NCBI GenBank assembly: GCA_965263355.1
Contig: CBDHHL010000049.1
Coordinates: forward strand, 32,001 to 96,000
DNA from: Leptolyngbyaceae cyanobacterium
GTDB taxonomy: Bacteria; Cyanobacteriota; Cyanobacteriia; Phormidesmidales; Phormidesmidaceae
Direction: 5' to 3'
DNA: 64,000 nucleotides
Both the position numbers and the translations under genes were made by a program. The notes beneath the pieces are model-generated. The model saw nothing but the letters and a program-made list of their open reading frames with translations. It had not been told where the DNA came from and did no database searches. This document shows, piece after piece, positions 9,834-20,723 of the stretch; position 1 is the stretch's first letter, and each line of letters starts with the position of its first letter.

Positions 9834-10113
9834 GCAGCCCTTTAAACAATCCAGCTGAATGGCTGAGGCTTGCCTATGGGAGATATAGGTGTCAGCTGAC
9901 GCTGATCGTGAGTTGTCTCCAGGGAATAATTAAATTTGTAGAATGAGGGGCAAGTGAAAGAAGGTATGCTTTATTGCGATCGCACATACCTTTCCTAAAT
10001 TGCCAAAATACAGAGATTCGGTAGTGAAAATGTCACTGAGCCTGAGTATTTTAGCAGTAAAATTTAATAGCCTATATCTGAAGTAATACTTAATAGATTC
10101 AACTATAAACACC

Positions 10114-11475
10114 TTGGAACGTGATGACGCCAATGACTCGATCAATAAAGCACTGATGTTGATTCGTCAGGCCCTCCGACCTGAACGATTGAATACAATT
10201 CAGGAGTCGGTATTTTCTCAGTGTTGGACAGGGTCATCTTATCAAGAAATTGCCGATGTACTGGGATATGACGCAATCTATATTCGGGGGATCGGAGCAC
10301 AGCTCTGGAAGCAACTTTCCAAGGTATTTGGTGAAAAGGTTACAAAAAGCAATTTTCAAGCCATTATTCGGCAACATCTGACTGAGCAGCCCACTACTAG
10401 TCCATTTATTCCCCTGTCCCCACCCCCTCTCAAGGTTGCCAAAAACTGTCCTGTTGTGACGGCAGCTGAGGTCAACCAGGAAGACTACTACATTGATCGA
10501 CCTCCCATTGAAAAACGTTGTTATGAAGCCCTTGGTCATCAAGGGGCACTGCTGCGCATTAAAGCGCCGAAGCAAATGGGTAAAACATTCTTGATGACCA
10601 AGATTTTACTCTGTGCAAAAAAAAATCAATATCACACAGTAGTTGTTAATCTGCGTCTAGCAGATGGCCGTATTCTGTCTGATTTAGACCGGTTTCTGCA
10701 GTGGTTTTGTGCCGTGATCTGCGATCAGCTCAACATCACGATTGATTTAGACCAACATTGGAAACCTATTTTTGGTAGCAATTATAACTGTACCCAGTTT
10801 TTCAATCGCATTTTGCTACCACAGTTGGGCAACCCTATTGTGGTAGCCCTAGACGATGTGGATGTGCTATTTGGTCATCTCGAAATTGCCACCGACTTTT
10901 TAGGCCTAATTCGCGCCTGGTGTGAAAAAGCAAAGCACAGTGATGGAGTTAGTGACCTATGGCATTTACTTAAACTGCTAGTTATTCATTCTACTGAGGT
11001 TTACATTCCTCTACATAAGCATCAATCACCGTTTAATGTAGGGTTATCCATTGAGTTACCAGATTTTACTGCTATCCAGATATTGGCATTAGCCAAACGT
11101 TATGGTGTTATATGGACTGATGCTGAGGTAGCAGATCTTATGGCATTAATAGGCGGCAAACCCAATTTGGTTCGCCTTACATTAGACTGGGTCGTAGGCA
11201 CTTCAGAATCCCTTAATAGGTTGCTTGAAAATGCAACAGCTTCCACAGGGATTTACCATGAGCATCTACGTCAACAGTTTCGACTAATTCAAAAATATCC
11301 GGAGTTGATTCCCCTACTCCAGGAGGTAATGATCAGTGAAGCACCGGTTACTTTCCCTGCGGTACAAGGGTTTCAACTGGAAAGTTTAGGGTTGGTAAAA
11401 CTTCAGGGACAGGATGCGACACCAAGTTGTGCATTATATCGTCAATACTTTGGTCAGTTATTAAACAGTGACTAA
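10114..11475 (+). CDS. AAA_35-like (STAND-type) NTPase with N-terminal HTH-like domain
   Basis: N-terminal WTGSSYQEIADVLGYD...GAQLWKQLSKVFGEKVTKSNF, Walker A IKAPKQMGKT, Walker B VALDDVD and QSPFNVG. Confidence 0.82.
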   Translation: MERDDANDSINKALMLIRQALRPERLNTIQESVFSQCWTGSSYQEIADVLGYDAIYIRGIGAQLWKQLSKVFGEKVTKSNFQAIIRQHLTEQPTTSPFIPLSPPPLKVAKNCPVVTAAEVNQEDYYIDRPPIEKRCYEALGHQGALLRIKAPKQMGKTFLMTKILLCAKKNQYHTVVVNLRLADGRILSDLDRFLQWFCAVICDQLNITIDLDQHWKPIFGSNYNCTQFFNRILLPQLGNPIVVALDDVDVLFGHLEIATDFLGLIRAWCEKAKHSDGVSDLWHLLKLLVIHSTEVYIPLHKHQSPFNVGLSIELPDFTAIQILALAKRYGVIWTDAEVADLMALIGGKPNLVRLTLDWVVGTSESLNRLLENATASTGIYHEHLRQQFRLIQKYPELIPLLQEVMISEAPVTFPAVQGFQLESLGLVKLQGQDATPSCALYRQYFGQLLNSD

Positions 11476-11485
11476 GTTCTAATTC

Positions 11486-14296
11486 ATGGGCGATTATTCC
11501 AGCTTTAAACCCATTGGTTCTACCTATCAAGTGGGGGGGAGTTTGCCTCTGAATGCTATCAGCTATGTTAAACGTCAGGCAGATGAGGACCTGTACCAGA
11601 CCGTCAGCCAGGGAGAGTTTTGTTGTGTTCTGAACTCTCGACAGATGGGCAAATCCAGTCTGCAGGTTCATACCATGGCCCGTCTACAACAAGATGGTGT
11701 TCGGTGTATTGTGGTTGACCTAACCACCTTAGGTAATCAGCACATCACCCCTGAGCAATGGTATGCAAGCATTCTGCACGATTTGGCTGAGGGCTTTCAT
11801 TTAGATCTAGACTTTATCAACTGGTGGGAAACCGTGAGTCAGTTTTCCCTGCCAAAACGAATGGATCTGTTTTTTGAACAGGTATTACTGACGCAGATAC
11901 AACAACCTATCGTTATTTTTATTGACGAGATTGATAGTACTCTGCGTCTTTCTTTTCCCTGCGATGACTTTTTTGTTTTGTTGCGTGCTTGCTATAACCG
12001 TCGTACCAGCAATGCAGACTACCATCGTCTGACATTTGTGTTGCTCGGGGTGGCCACACCGTCTGATTTTATCCTGGATAAACAGCGTACCCCCTTTAAT
12101 ATTGGTCAATCGATCGATTTATCTGGGTTTGAGCGTAACAATATTGCTCCCCTACTGCGAGGATTTGATAACTGTGTGGCCAATCCCACTAAGACTCTTC
12201 ATCAAATTTTAGACTGGACAGGTGGACAACCATTTTTAACCCAGAAGCTGTGTCAGCTAGTTGTTGAGCATGCTCACAGTACTCCACAAGAACCTCAAGT
12301 CGTGACTGATCAGGACAGTCCTTTGGTAGGAACTCCACCAATTAATCAGGAGTTGCTGTATACCCCCCATGTTCCTTCTTTAGTTAAAACATATATCCTG
12401 GACCGTTGGGAGTCCCAGGATGAACCGGAACATCTGCGTACTATTCGTAACCGATTGTTGTATGACCATTCACGGACAGCGCAATTACTGGGACTGTATC
12501 AGCGAGTATTAATGGGTGAAATCGTAGCTGTTGACGGCAGCCGCGATCAGCTAGAGCTAAGGTTATCGGGTCTGGTGGTTGAATATCAGGGACGTTTATG
12601 TGTTAAAAACTTAATTTATCGGAGTATTTTTAACCATGTCTGGTTAGAAGATCAGCTTACTCGATTACGACCCTATGCCTCCACTCTGAATAGTTGGATG
12701 TCCTCAGGCTGTCAGGATACCTCCTGTTTGTTAACAGGGTTGGCACTGAAAGAGGCCCTTGCTTGGGCTGATCAGAAATATCTCAGTGATGTGGATTACC
12801 GGTTCTTAAATGCCAGTCAGGAGAGAGTCCAATGCTCCATGGAAGAGAATTTAGCAGCCGAAGTTTACCAGCGGGAACAGGCGCAGATTGCGCTTCAGGT
12901 AGCGGAAGATGCTAGTCAGCTCTTGGCAACAGCCCGTCGTCAGGCCAGACAAAAACAATCCTCGCCACATTGGCGTAAGCGTTGGGTGATGGGAATCACA
13001 CTGAGTTTGTTGTTAGCGTTGGCTGGCTTACGCTGGACCGGCTGGTTACAACCCTTGGAATGGAGCTTGTTTGATGCTTTTGTCCAGGTCCAACCAACAG
13101 CATCGACCGCTCCCAGGTTGGTGGTGGTGACCATTGACGATGCTGATATTCAAACCGTTGGTCAGTATCCGTTTGCCGATGAGGTATTGATGGATGTATT
13201 GAAACGACTCAAACAGTATCAGCCCCGGTTAATTGGTATGGATATTTTTCGGGATTTGCCAGTCCCTCCTGGTTCCCAAGCTCTGATTGAGCTTTATCAA
13301 ACAACCCCCAACTTAATCGGTATTAATAAGGTTGTTGATACACTTGTTCAGGCTCCGCCAGTATTGGCTGCCGCCGGACAGTATGGATTTGCTGATCAGG
13401 TTTTGGATGGGGATGGGGTAGTACGACGAGGATTGCTGACCCTTGAACTTGAGGATAAGTTATATTCTAGTTTTGCCCTTGAGCTGGTGTTAAGATATTT
13501 AAACCAAGAGGGAATTAAACCACAACCTCAGTCTAATTATCGTATACAGCTTGGTCAGGCTGAGATTGCTCCTCTTACTGAAAGTTCTGGTGGGTATGTG
13601 CAGGCGGATACAAAAGGATATCAAATTTTAATGCATTACCATGGTGATGCCTCTAGCTTTCAAACCTATAGCTTGCGGTCATTATTGAATGATCAACTGC
13701 CTGCTAATGCCGTTCGGGATAAGATTGTTCTGCTGGGCTTTGATGCCCTGACAGTGAAAGATCTGTTGCTTACGCCCTATAGTCGTCAGCTGTATGGTGT
13801 TGCTGAACCCACTTCGGGGGTATTTGTGCATGCCAATATTGTGAATCAATTGCTTAGTTCAGCGCTAGATAATCGGCCCATGATGGCAGTGTGGCCGTCG
13901 GCTCTCAACTATGGATGGATGATGATTTGGGTGTTGATAGGGGGCTGGTTAGGTAGCAGGGGCACCCAACGGATCTGGGCAGGTGCGATCTCACTCCTGT
14001 TTGCTTGTTTTAGCCTTCTGGCCATCAGTTATCTTGCCTACTTGCACGGACTATGGATTCCCATTGTTCCAGCTGGCTTAGGAGTCATCCTGAGTAGCAT
14101 CATTCTCACGATTGTGACCAATCGTCAGGCTGAGCACTTGCTATTACAAAATACGGTCAACGCCATTATGCAGCATCGGAACGACACCCCTGTTGCCACA
14201 AAAATTGCCCTGGAATATTTAAAGCAGGGTGAAGGACCACGTCAACAACAGTTAATTGAGGCTATGGGAGCAAAACTTATGGGGACTAAAGAATGA
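11486..14296 (+). CDS. AAA_35-like NTPase fused to a CHASE2 sensor domain (membrane protein)
   Basis: YQVGGSL, LNSRQMGKSS, FIDEID, RTPFNIG, then one TM, CHASE2 motifs (VVVTIDD, IGMDIFRD, DGDGVVRR, GVFVHA), three TMs and a short tail. Confidence 0.87.
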   Translation: MGDYSSFKPIGSTYQVGGSLPLNAISYVKRQADEDLYQTVSQGEFCCVLNSRQMGKSSLQVHTMARLQQDGVRCIVVDLTTLGNQHITPEQWYASILHDLAEGFHLDLDFINWWETVSQFSLPKRMDLFFEQVLLTQIQQPIVIFIDEIDSTLRLSFPCDDFFVLLRACYNRRTSNADYHRLTFVLLGVATPSDFILDKQRTPFNIGQSIDLSGFERNNIAPLLRGFDNCVANPTKTLHQILDWTGGQPFLTQKLCQLVVEHAHSTPQEPQVVTDQDSPLVGTPPINQELLYTPHVPSLVKTYILDRWESQDEPEHLRTIRNRLLYDHSRTAQLLGLYQRVLMGEIVAVDGSRDQLELRLSGLVVEYQGRLCVKNLIYRSIFNHVWLEDQLTRLRPYASTLNSWMSSGCQDTSCLLTGLALKEALAWADQKYLSDVDYRFLNASQERVQCSMEENLAAEVYQREQAQIALQVAEDASQLLATARRQARQKQSSPHWRKRWVMGITLSLLLALAGLRWTGWLQPLEWSLFDAFVQVQPTASTAPRLVVVTIDDADIQTVGQYPFADEVLMDVLKRLKQYQPRLIGMDIFRDLPVPPGSQALIELYQTTPNLIGINKVVDTLVQAPPVLAAAGQYGFADQVLDGDGVVRRGLLTLELEDKLYSSFALELVLRYLNQEGIKPQPQSNYRIQLGQAEIAPLTESSGGYVQADTKGYQILMHYHGDASSFQTYSLRSLLNDQLPANAVRDKIVLLGFDALTVKDLLLTPYSRQLYGVAEPTSGVFVHANIVNQLLSSALDNRPMMAVWPSALNYGWMMIWVLIGGWLGSRGTQRIWAGAISLLFACFSLLAISYLAYLHGLWIPIVPAGLGVILSSIILTIVTNRQAEHLLLQNTVNAIMQHRNDTPVATKIALEYLKQGEGPRQQQLIEAMGAKLMGTKE

Positions 14297-14381
14297 ATCA
14301 GTTTTAAGTTGTTTTGAATAAAATGAGATCGCAACTCCCTGCGACTATAGAGAGCGATGTATTTACCCTAACCAGAAATCA

Positions 14382-15059
14382 CTATATCGCTCCCACAGTG
14401 TTAAAAATATCCTGGTTTTGCAAAATGAGATGCACAACATCATACCAATGCCCAGTGTTTTGCAAAATAGTTACTTGCTCTTCTACTGAAGCGTTAGCTA
14501 ACGTTTGTGCTAACTCCGGTGAATGCTCTATCCGCTTGATCCAACCACTAAAAAAAGGATCGCTAGGATTTAGATAGCCCTCACATAGAATACTCAGGGT
14601 CCAGCGATAGTTTTGTCCAGGTATTAATGCCTCTAACGTCTCGGGCATTTGAAATTGTACAACACCTTGTTCCGTGGCTACAGGAATGGGTAAATGGGTA
14701 CGAGAGTGTTCGTCTCCAGAATCTGTTTGTAGCACTAACAGTACCTCCTGGGCACGAGTGCTGGGCATTTCCATCCATATCACCGGATGCGCTGCAGCGG
14801 TTAAACCATAATTACCGTCAGGCATCAATGGACGCATGGGTAAACCGTCGCCACTACAACGGTCTTCATCCCGAGACCCAGCAGGAACAGTTTCTTCGGG
14901 CGCACCATCTTTGGGTGGTTTAAAGTCCGATGCGAAAATACTCAATAGGGTTTGGACAGATTTTCGGGCAGGTTGCTCGGCCCGAACAGACAACGTTAAT
15001 GCTGTTATAGATAGGCTGATGGCCAGCAGAAGAGGTTTTTTGAAAAATAGGTTTAGCAT
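14382..15059 (-). CDS. DUF928 domain protein, secreted
   Basis: Signal peptide, FKPP...AGSR, GLTAAAHP, GQNYRW and GHWYD. Confidence 0.82.
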   Translation of the reverse strand: MLNLFFKKPLLLAISLSITALTLSVRAEQPARKSVQTLLSIFASDFKPPKDGAPEETVPAGSRDEDRCSGDGLPMRPLMPDGNYGLTAAAHPVIWMEMPSTRAQEVLLVLQTDSGDEHSRTHLPIPVATEQGVVQFQMPETLEALIPGQNYRWTLSILCEGYLNPSDPFFSGWIKRIEHSPELAQTLANASVEEQVTILQNTGHWYDVVHLILQNQDIFNTVGAI

Positions 15060-15132
15060 ATTCTTACGGTGTTTAGAAAACGTTTAGGGCACATCTTAGG
15101 AGCCTGATGGATTTCTCAAAAAATTGGAGCGC

Positions 15133-17811
15133 TTACTGCCAATTGCCAATCATGACAAAAGGAGCCCAGTAGTAGGGATGTTGATAGTCAGAACTTTGCA
15201 TGAGTGTGAGCTGGGCATTTCTCAGAGCTTGGGCTCGGGGCTGTTGAGTTTTAATCAGCTGTTGGTAAAATTCACTCATCAAGATAGATGTGGATGTATC
15301 CTGCACATTCCACAATGTGGCTACCGTACTCCGGGCACCGGATTCGATGGCTACACCGGCCATGCCCAAGGCTGCCCGACGATCCCCTTGAGCTGTTTGG
15401 CAAGCACTGAGTACTAACAACTCAATAGGGGTATCCCGACGTTGAGAAGATTGGAACAGTTCCCCCAAGTCTTTGACATTGATGCGATCATTCCAGGTCA
15501 ATAAAAAAGTGTCTTCTGCGGATGCACTAAACTGACCATGGGTCGCCAAGTGAACAATAGAAAATTCATTGTCCTCAGACTTTTCTATGATCCTATCTTT
15601 AGTAAATCGATTATTAATCAACACCTTGGCTGATACCAGTTGTTTAATTTGGTCAATCTCTTGCGCTACCCCTGGCAATGAACTAAAGCCCTGCCTTGCG
15701 GTGGTTAACCCAGCTGTTAATACGCTCAAAGAGTCTGATGCCAAAGGACGAGAATTGAGCAACTGCATGCTAGGGGTAAGGGCCAGACTATAGTGTTCTA
15801 CTAGATACCCCTGGCCATCGTACAAAATAGCCATGGGTATATTGCGCAGAAAACCATCGGGCACAAACACCAAGGTCTCAATAGTCTGTTGTTCTAGCTG
15901 GAGGGCAATGGGGGCAATCAGCCAATCGTAAAGCTGTTGTCCAAATGGCACTACTGCATTGATAGAACTAACAGGATGCAAGCTACCCAGGATATTCTGG
16001 AACAATGTTTCTTGATCAACAGCTGTAAGATCCACACTGTGGTGCAGGAGAGGCTGATGGGGTAAGGAAAAAATTACCTCCAGACGGTTTCTCAACACAA
16101 TGGGATAAATGATGGCCGCTTGGGGATCAATGGTCTCAATTTCCCGGGTTTGGTAGGTGAGGCAAGTTTCTCGGAAGTAGTTTTGTAGCTCAGCTAACTG
16201 CAGCGCTTCCATGGTGTCTCGGGCTTGTTCTAGTCTCTGTTGCTGCAGGGAGGCAGGCTGTTGGTCAATATCAATTAGCAGTAGCTCTACATAGCCGCGA
16301 TAAACTGGCTCAATACGATCGCGAAATGAAAACTTAGCATCAGGGTTAAGGGCCACCAGATCATATTGCAGGGTATCCAATTGACTAACCGCCCCCCCAA
16401 AGGCTGAGATCGCCTGTTCCGTAGCCCCTTGAGCCTTGAGGATACGACCCAACTGCCACTGTCCTTGGGCATTGGCATAGTTTGCCAGAGCACTAGGTAA
16501 CAGAGCCAACGACTGTTGGGTGAGTTCAAGGGCTGCTGTCCACTGTTGATTTTGTTCGTAAAGGTGACCCAACTGCTCCAGGGCAGTGGCTTCTGCCTGG
16601 GTATCTTCGATATTACGGGCCTGGTTTATCGCATGGGCTAATTGTTGAGCGATGTCTGAGGGAGAGATGTTTAAATTTGCCAACTGTTCCATACCGACAT
16701 TGTCAATCAGTAGATTCGCTAGATAGACCTGGGAATTTATCCCCCAACGACTGGGGGGGAGGGAAGAGAGTTTTGGCAGTAGTTGCCCTAGTTCTTGGTC
16801 AAGGTTAGACCAAGCAAAATCAGGGCTGTTAGCAGTCTCAAGTTTCAAGGCCAACTGTTTCAGTGTGGCCTCCAGTTGGATGTTGGGAGTGCCCTGATTG
16901 CGAACAGTTTGATAGAGGGTGAGGGCCGTTTGGCTATCCCCGAGTGCAGCGGTGGTTTGGGCCAAATCTAGTTGGATATCTGCCTGTTGTTCAGGTGTGT
17001 GAGCCAGGGGCAGGGCCTCGGTTAGGATAGCCTGAGCCTGAGCTAAATCACCCGTTCGCAGGAGAGTTTGGCCAAGACTTTGCAAAACGGTTAGTTTCAC
17101 CTCTGGTGGTGTAGACTCCGTCAGGTCTGTACGCACCGTATCCAATGTAGCTTTAGCTCGCCGATAAAAACCCAATACTCGTAATGCCTGGGCCTGGTTC
17201 AGACGTGTTCGGGCAATGGCTGCCGCAGTCTCATCTGAGCTCATGGTTTGATAGTGATCTATGGCCTGCTGCCAGGTATCCAGGGCCGCCGCTGCATCGC
17301 CTGTTTGCAGTTGATTACTTCCTTGGGTATTGAGAAGTTGAGCGGTTAAAAATGCTGTATTCTGGTTGCCCTCCAGGAGAGTCAGCCCCTGTCGAATGTG
17401 GATATCGGCCTGTTGCCACTGGCTAAGGGACTGGTGGGCAATGGCTAAATAGTTGTGGATAATGGCCCGTTGATAGGGAGCGCTTTGTGCCAGGGTGAGG
17501 GTCTTTTGCCAGGTTGAGATCGCCGCCCCATACTGACCAATATCGTACAATGCCTGCCCCCGATCCAGATAGTCACTCACTCTAGATGCATTAGCAACTA
17601 GATTCTCCAGACTTGTTGTCTCAGAAATTGTCACTTCTGGCGTAGCCGTAATCCTGGCAACTGAGCTACCAACACTATCAATCGGAGAGATTGCCCCATA
17701 GGCGTATTGCCCAAATGTCACTACAAAAAAGGTGATCAAGGTTAGTCCTGCATATCGCCATCCCTGCCAAACCCCTTTCCAAAACCGTTGTCGGGTCAAC
17801 CATCGATTCAT
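15133..17811 (-). CDS. TPR-CHAT (caspase/HetF-like) cysteine protease
   Basis: TPR repeats, catalytic HLATHG and LVLSACQTA, C-terminal HPYYWAPF. ATG 17811 overlaps the upstream stop (ATGA). Confidence 0.92.
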   Translation of the reverse strand: MNRWLTRQRFWKGVWQGWRYAGLTLITFFVVTFGQYAYGAISPIDSVGSSVARITATPEVTISETTSLENLVANASRVSDYLDRGQALYDIGQYGAAISTWQKTLTLAQSAPYQRAIIHNYLAIAHQSLSQWQQADIHIRQGLTLLEGNQNTAFLTAQLLNTQGSNQLQTGDAAAALDTWQQAIDHYQTMSSDETAAAIARTRLNQAQALRVLGFYRRAKATLDTVRTDLTESTPPEVKLTVLQSLGQTLLRTGDLAQAQAILTEALPLAHTPEQQADIQLDLAQTTAALGDSQTALTLYQTVRNQGTPNIQLEATLKQLALKLETANSPDFAWSNLDQELGQLLPKLSSLPPSRWGINSQVYLANLLIDNVGMEQLANLNISPSDIAQQLAHAINQARNIEDTQAEATALEQLGHLYEQNQQWTAALELTQQSLALLPSALANYANAQGQWQLGRILKAQGATEQAISAFGGAVSQLDTLQYDLVALNPDAKFSFRDRIEPVYRGYVELLLIDIDQQPASLQQQRLEQARDTMEALQLAELQNYFRETCLTYQTREIETIDPQAAIIYPIVLRNRLEVIFSLPHQPLLHHSVDLTAVDQETLFQNILGSLHPVSSINAVVPFGQQLYDWLIAPIALQLEQQTIETLVFVPDGFLRNIPMAILYDGQGYLVEHYSLALTPSMQLLNSRPLASDSLSVLTAGLTTARQGFSSLPGVAQEIDQIKQLVSAKVLINNRFTKDRIIEKSEDNEFSIVHLATHGQFSASAEDTFLLTWNDRINVKDLGELFQSSQRRDTPIELLVLSACQTAQGDRRAALGMAGVAIESGARSTVATLWNVQDTSTSILMSEFYQQLIKTQQPRAQALRNAQLTLMQSSDYQHPYYWAPFVMIGNWQ

Positions 17812-20698
17812 ATAGCCCCACCTCCTACACAAGCCACCTGGCTACCGTTGTTGATAGTAGCTGTATCAGCCACTAACGCTACCGTTCCATCCGGATTCTG
17901 GGTCCATCCCTTGGCTTCTACCAGGGTAGTTTCTGCCGGGGCAGGCATTTGCGCAGCCTCCTGTCTACTGGGAGAACCATCATCCGCTAACTGAACTCCA
18001 ATCCCCCGCTCAAAGGCCGGTAACACGGGAAGACTCCTGACTTGTTGGGCCAAATCATCCGGCAGTCCACCCCGCCCCGTAGCGACAAAATTAGCCCCCT
18101 GGTTCGCCGGACATCCCGCAGTAATTTGGTTAGAACTATCTACTAAATCATTGGGTAATGAGACCAAACTCCTGCTAGGATCAATGGCCAACAGATTAAC
18201 TATCACCTCGCCATTGAGACCAATGTCAGAACTGGCCGTAATATCACTGCGTTCAGTCAATCTCTTTGGAAATGCCAGACCATAAACGCCTTGGGCCGTG
18301 ATTTCTATTCGTCCACCTTGTCCCTCTTGAGCATTGGCCGTAATGTCGCTATTCTCATCGGGAACGGCTACCAGATAATCACTCAAAATCGTGATGTTGC
18401 CCCCTGTCGCTGTTTGAGAAGCGTTGGTAGTAATCGTACTGTTATTACGTAGGAGAACCACATCGCTGTCCAAACGAATGTTCCCCTGATCGCCTGTAAA
18501 TGTAGAGGTGGTAATCGTTCCCTGATTACGCAGTTGAGTGGTTTTGGCCGTAATATCAATGCTGCCAGCTGCCCCTTGTCCAGGCGCTATATCAAAAATA
18601 TCAACACTGGGAAAGTTACTGGCGTTGATAGTGGCTCCATTTTGCACCTCTAGGGAATTTGTAGTGACCATGATAGTGCCACCATTACCCCTATCCTCAA
18701 AGGCATTGGCAAATAGGCCACTCCGCCCCAAACTGTTGCGGCCATCCAAAGTAATGGCATTAGCATTAACGACTAAGTCATTACCATTGCCTGATCCACT
18801 GGTACCCGTAACAATTTGAGCCCCATTCAGCACGGTCAAGGTTTCGGTCTGCAGATCGATTTTTCCTCCAGTCCTAGGGCGTCTGTCGCGACAGACGAGA
18901 AAATACCTGTAGGAGAATCATCTAGCCCTATCAGATCCACTGATTGGGCTTGAATAATAATATTGCCAGCTTTTTGCCCACTCGCAGTTGAACTATCAAT
19001 GCCGCCGCCATCAGTAATTGTAAGCTGTTGGGTCACTAAATTAATATCTCCCCCTTGCCCAGCACTACCTTGTTCCGAGGAGGAAAAAATCCCACTGGGA
19101 AAGAGGGCTGTATCAGGATCATCATTCTGCACATTGATCTGATCAACCAGCACATTTATATGGCCACCATCGCCTTGACCAAAAACGGTGGTAGATAAAT
19201 TAGCACCAGCTGAAATGTCTAAGACATCTCCAATAATGGTGATATCACCACCATCTCCTTCCCCTTCTACCTGGGATACAATTCTACTGGGGAAAGGCCC
19301 CGCTCTCCCTGTCAGTTCAATCGTACTGGCATCAATGGTAATTTGACCACTATCTCCTATGCCAAAGGTACTACCATCAATAATGGCTCCATTATCAATT
19401 AATAGCTGATCAGCTTGAAGGGTAAAATTCCCACCGGTCCCCTTAGCCAAAAAATCAGCAACGCTCAGAAAGAATCCACTGGCACCAAACTCTGGGGTCC
19501 CTCCAGACAATGCAACCTGGTCACCCTGCACTGTAATATGGCCACCATTGCCATCCCCAAACACACTAGTGGAAACTTGCGCCCCATCTGCTACCACGAT
19601 AGTTGGGGCCTCTAGTGTCACATTTCCCCCCTGGCCAGTAGCTCCAAAGCCGACTTCAGAAAATAAGCTAGTGGGAAAGAAGGCTTCACCTGTAATCGGA
19701 TCTAGTTCTGCCCCTAGTAAATTAATGACTTCTGTAGCTCTGAGAGTGACACCAGCACCTACTTCTGTATCAAAAATATTGGCTAAAATCGTGGAGCCAT
19801 CTAACAAGTCGACATACTCACCTTCAATCTGTACAATCCCCCCCCCGAAGCCACTGGTAAGAATGGAAGATGCATTAAACAGCGCTACGTCTGCCATGGG
19901 AAAGGTCGTATTGGCAGGTTGTGCGGTCCACCCGAAGGCATCTGCTTGTAGAGTAACCATACTCTCTGGGCCAGCCCCCAGCAGCTCCACCCGCCCATCC
20001 GATGCTGTCAAACTGCCCCCATCGAGAAGCACATCTCCCCCCAGTAGTGCCAGGGTATTCCCCGCAGCCACCCGCAGCCCCGTACGCGGTACGGTGGGTA
20101 ACACCTCTAAGGTAAACGGATCAATAATTAGTCCGTGGCCATTGCCCAAAACCTCAATACTATTGGGAGCTGCACCATATTGCACACCAATAGGGATGCT
20201 AATGTTTAAAAAAGCTGCATTCTCAGGTACGACAGCGCTAAACTGCTGACCATTTTCAAACAGAATGCTATCGGCTGTTGTGGCAATAAATGACCCACCA
20301 ACATCAAGTTCAGCCGTGGCCCCAAAGACAATCCCATTGGGATTCAGCAAAAACAAATCTGCATTTCCTTGGGTGGCTAATACCCCATCAATGATAGATG
20401 GCTCAACACCGGTTACCCGAGTAAACAGTGTCGTTAAATCTAGGGCATTGGCAAATTGAGCGACCTCTCCTGGAGCTACAGACAACTGGTCAAAGCTGTG
20501 CAACAAAACATTGCCAGAGCGAGTCCCCCCAGTAATCGTAATCAGGTTATTGTTAGGGGTGACGATAGAAGAGGCAGTGCCATCAGGGATGATCTGGGCC
20601 ACTGCAGTCGAGCTCAAACCACCCATGGTCAGTACCGCACTTAAGGCACTGAACACAACTGTGATACGTGATGTCGGTGAATATTGCTCTATCTGCAT
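17808..20698 (-). pseudogene. Filamentous-haemagglutinin / TpsA-like exoprotein split by a 1-nt frameshift near 18871
   Basis: Signal peptide, TPS domain (AQIIPDG, LLHSFDQ, LLNPNGIVFG), beta-helix repeats, C-terminal SDITANA and TGRGGLP. The sequence GGA CT GGA GGA AAA ATC GAT CTG restores G-x-G-G-K-I-D-L if one base is added. Confidence 0.85.
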
Positions 20699-20723
20699 TG
20701 TGCCTCTATGTACCTATATACGT

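Noticed and set aside
19548..20249. 233-aa plus-strand ORF
   Set aside because: Antisense shadow of the Gly/Thr-rich TpsA frame.
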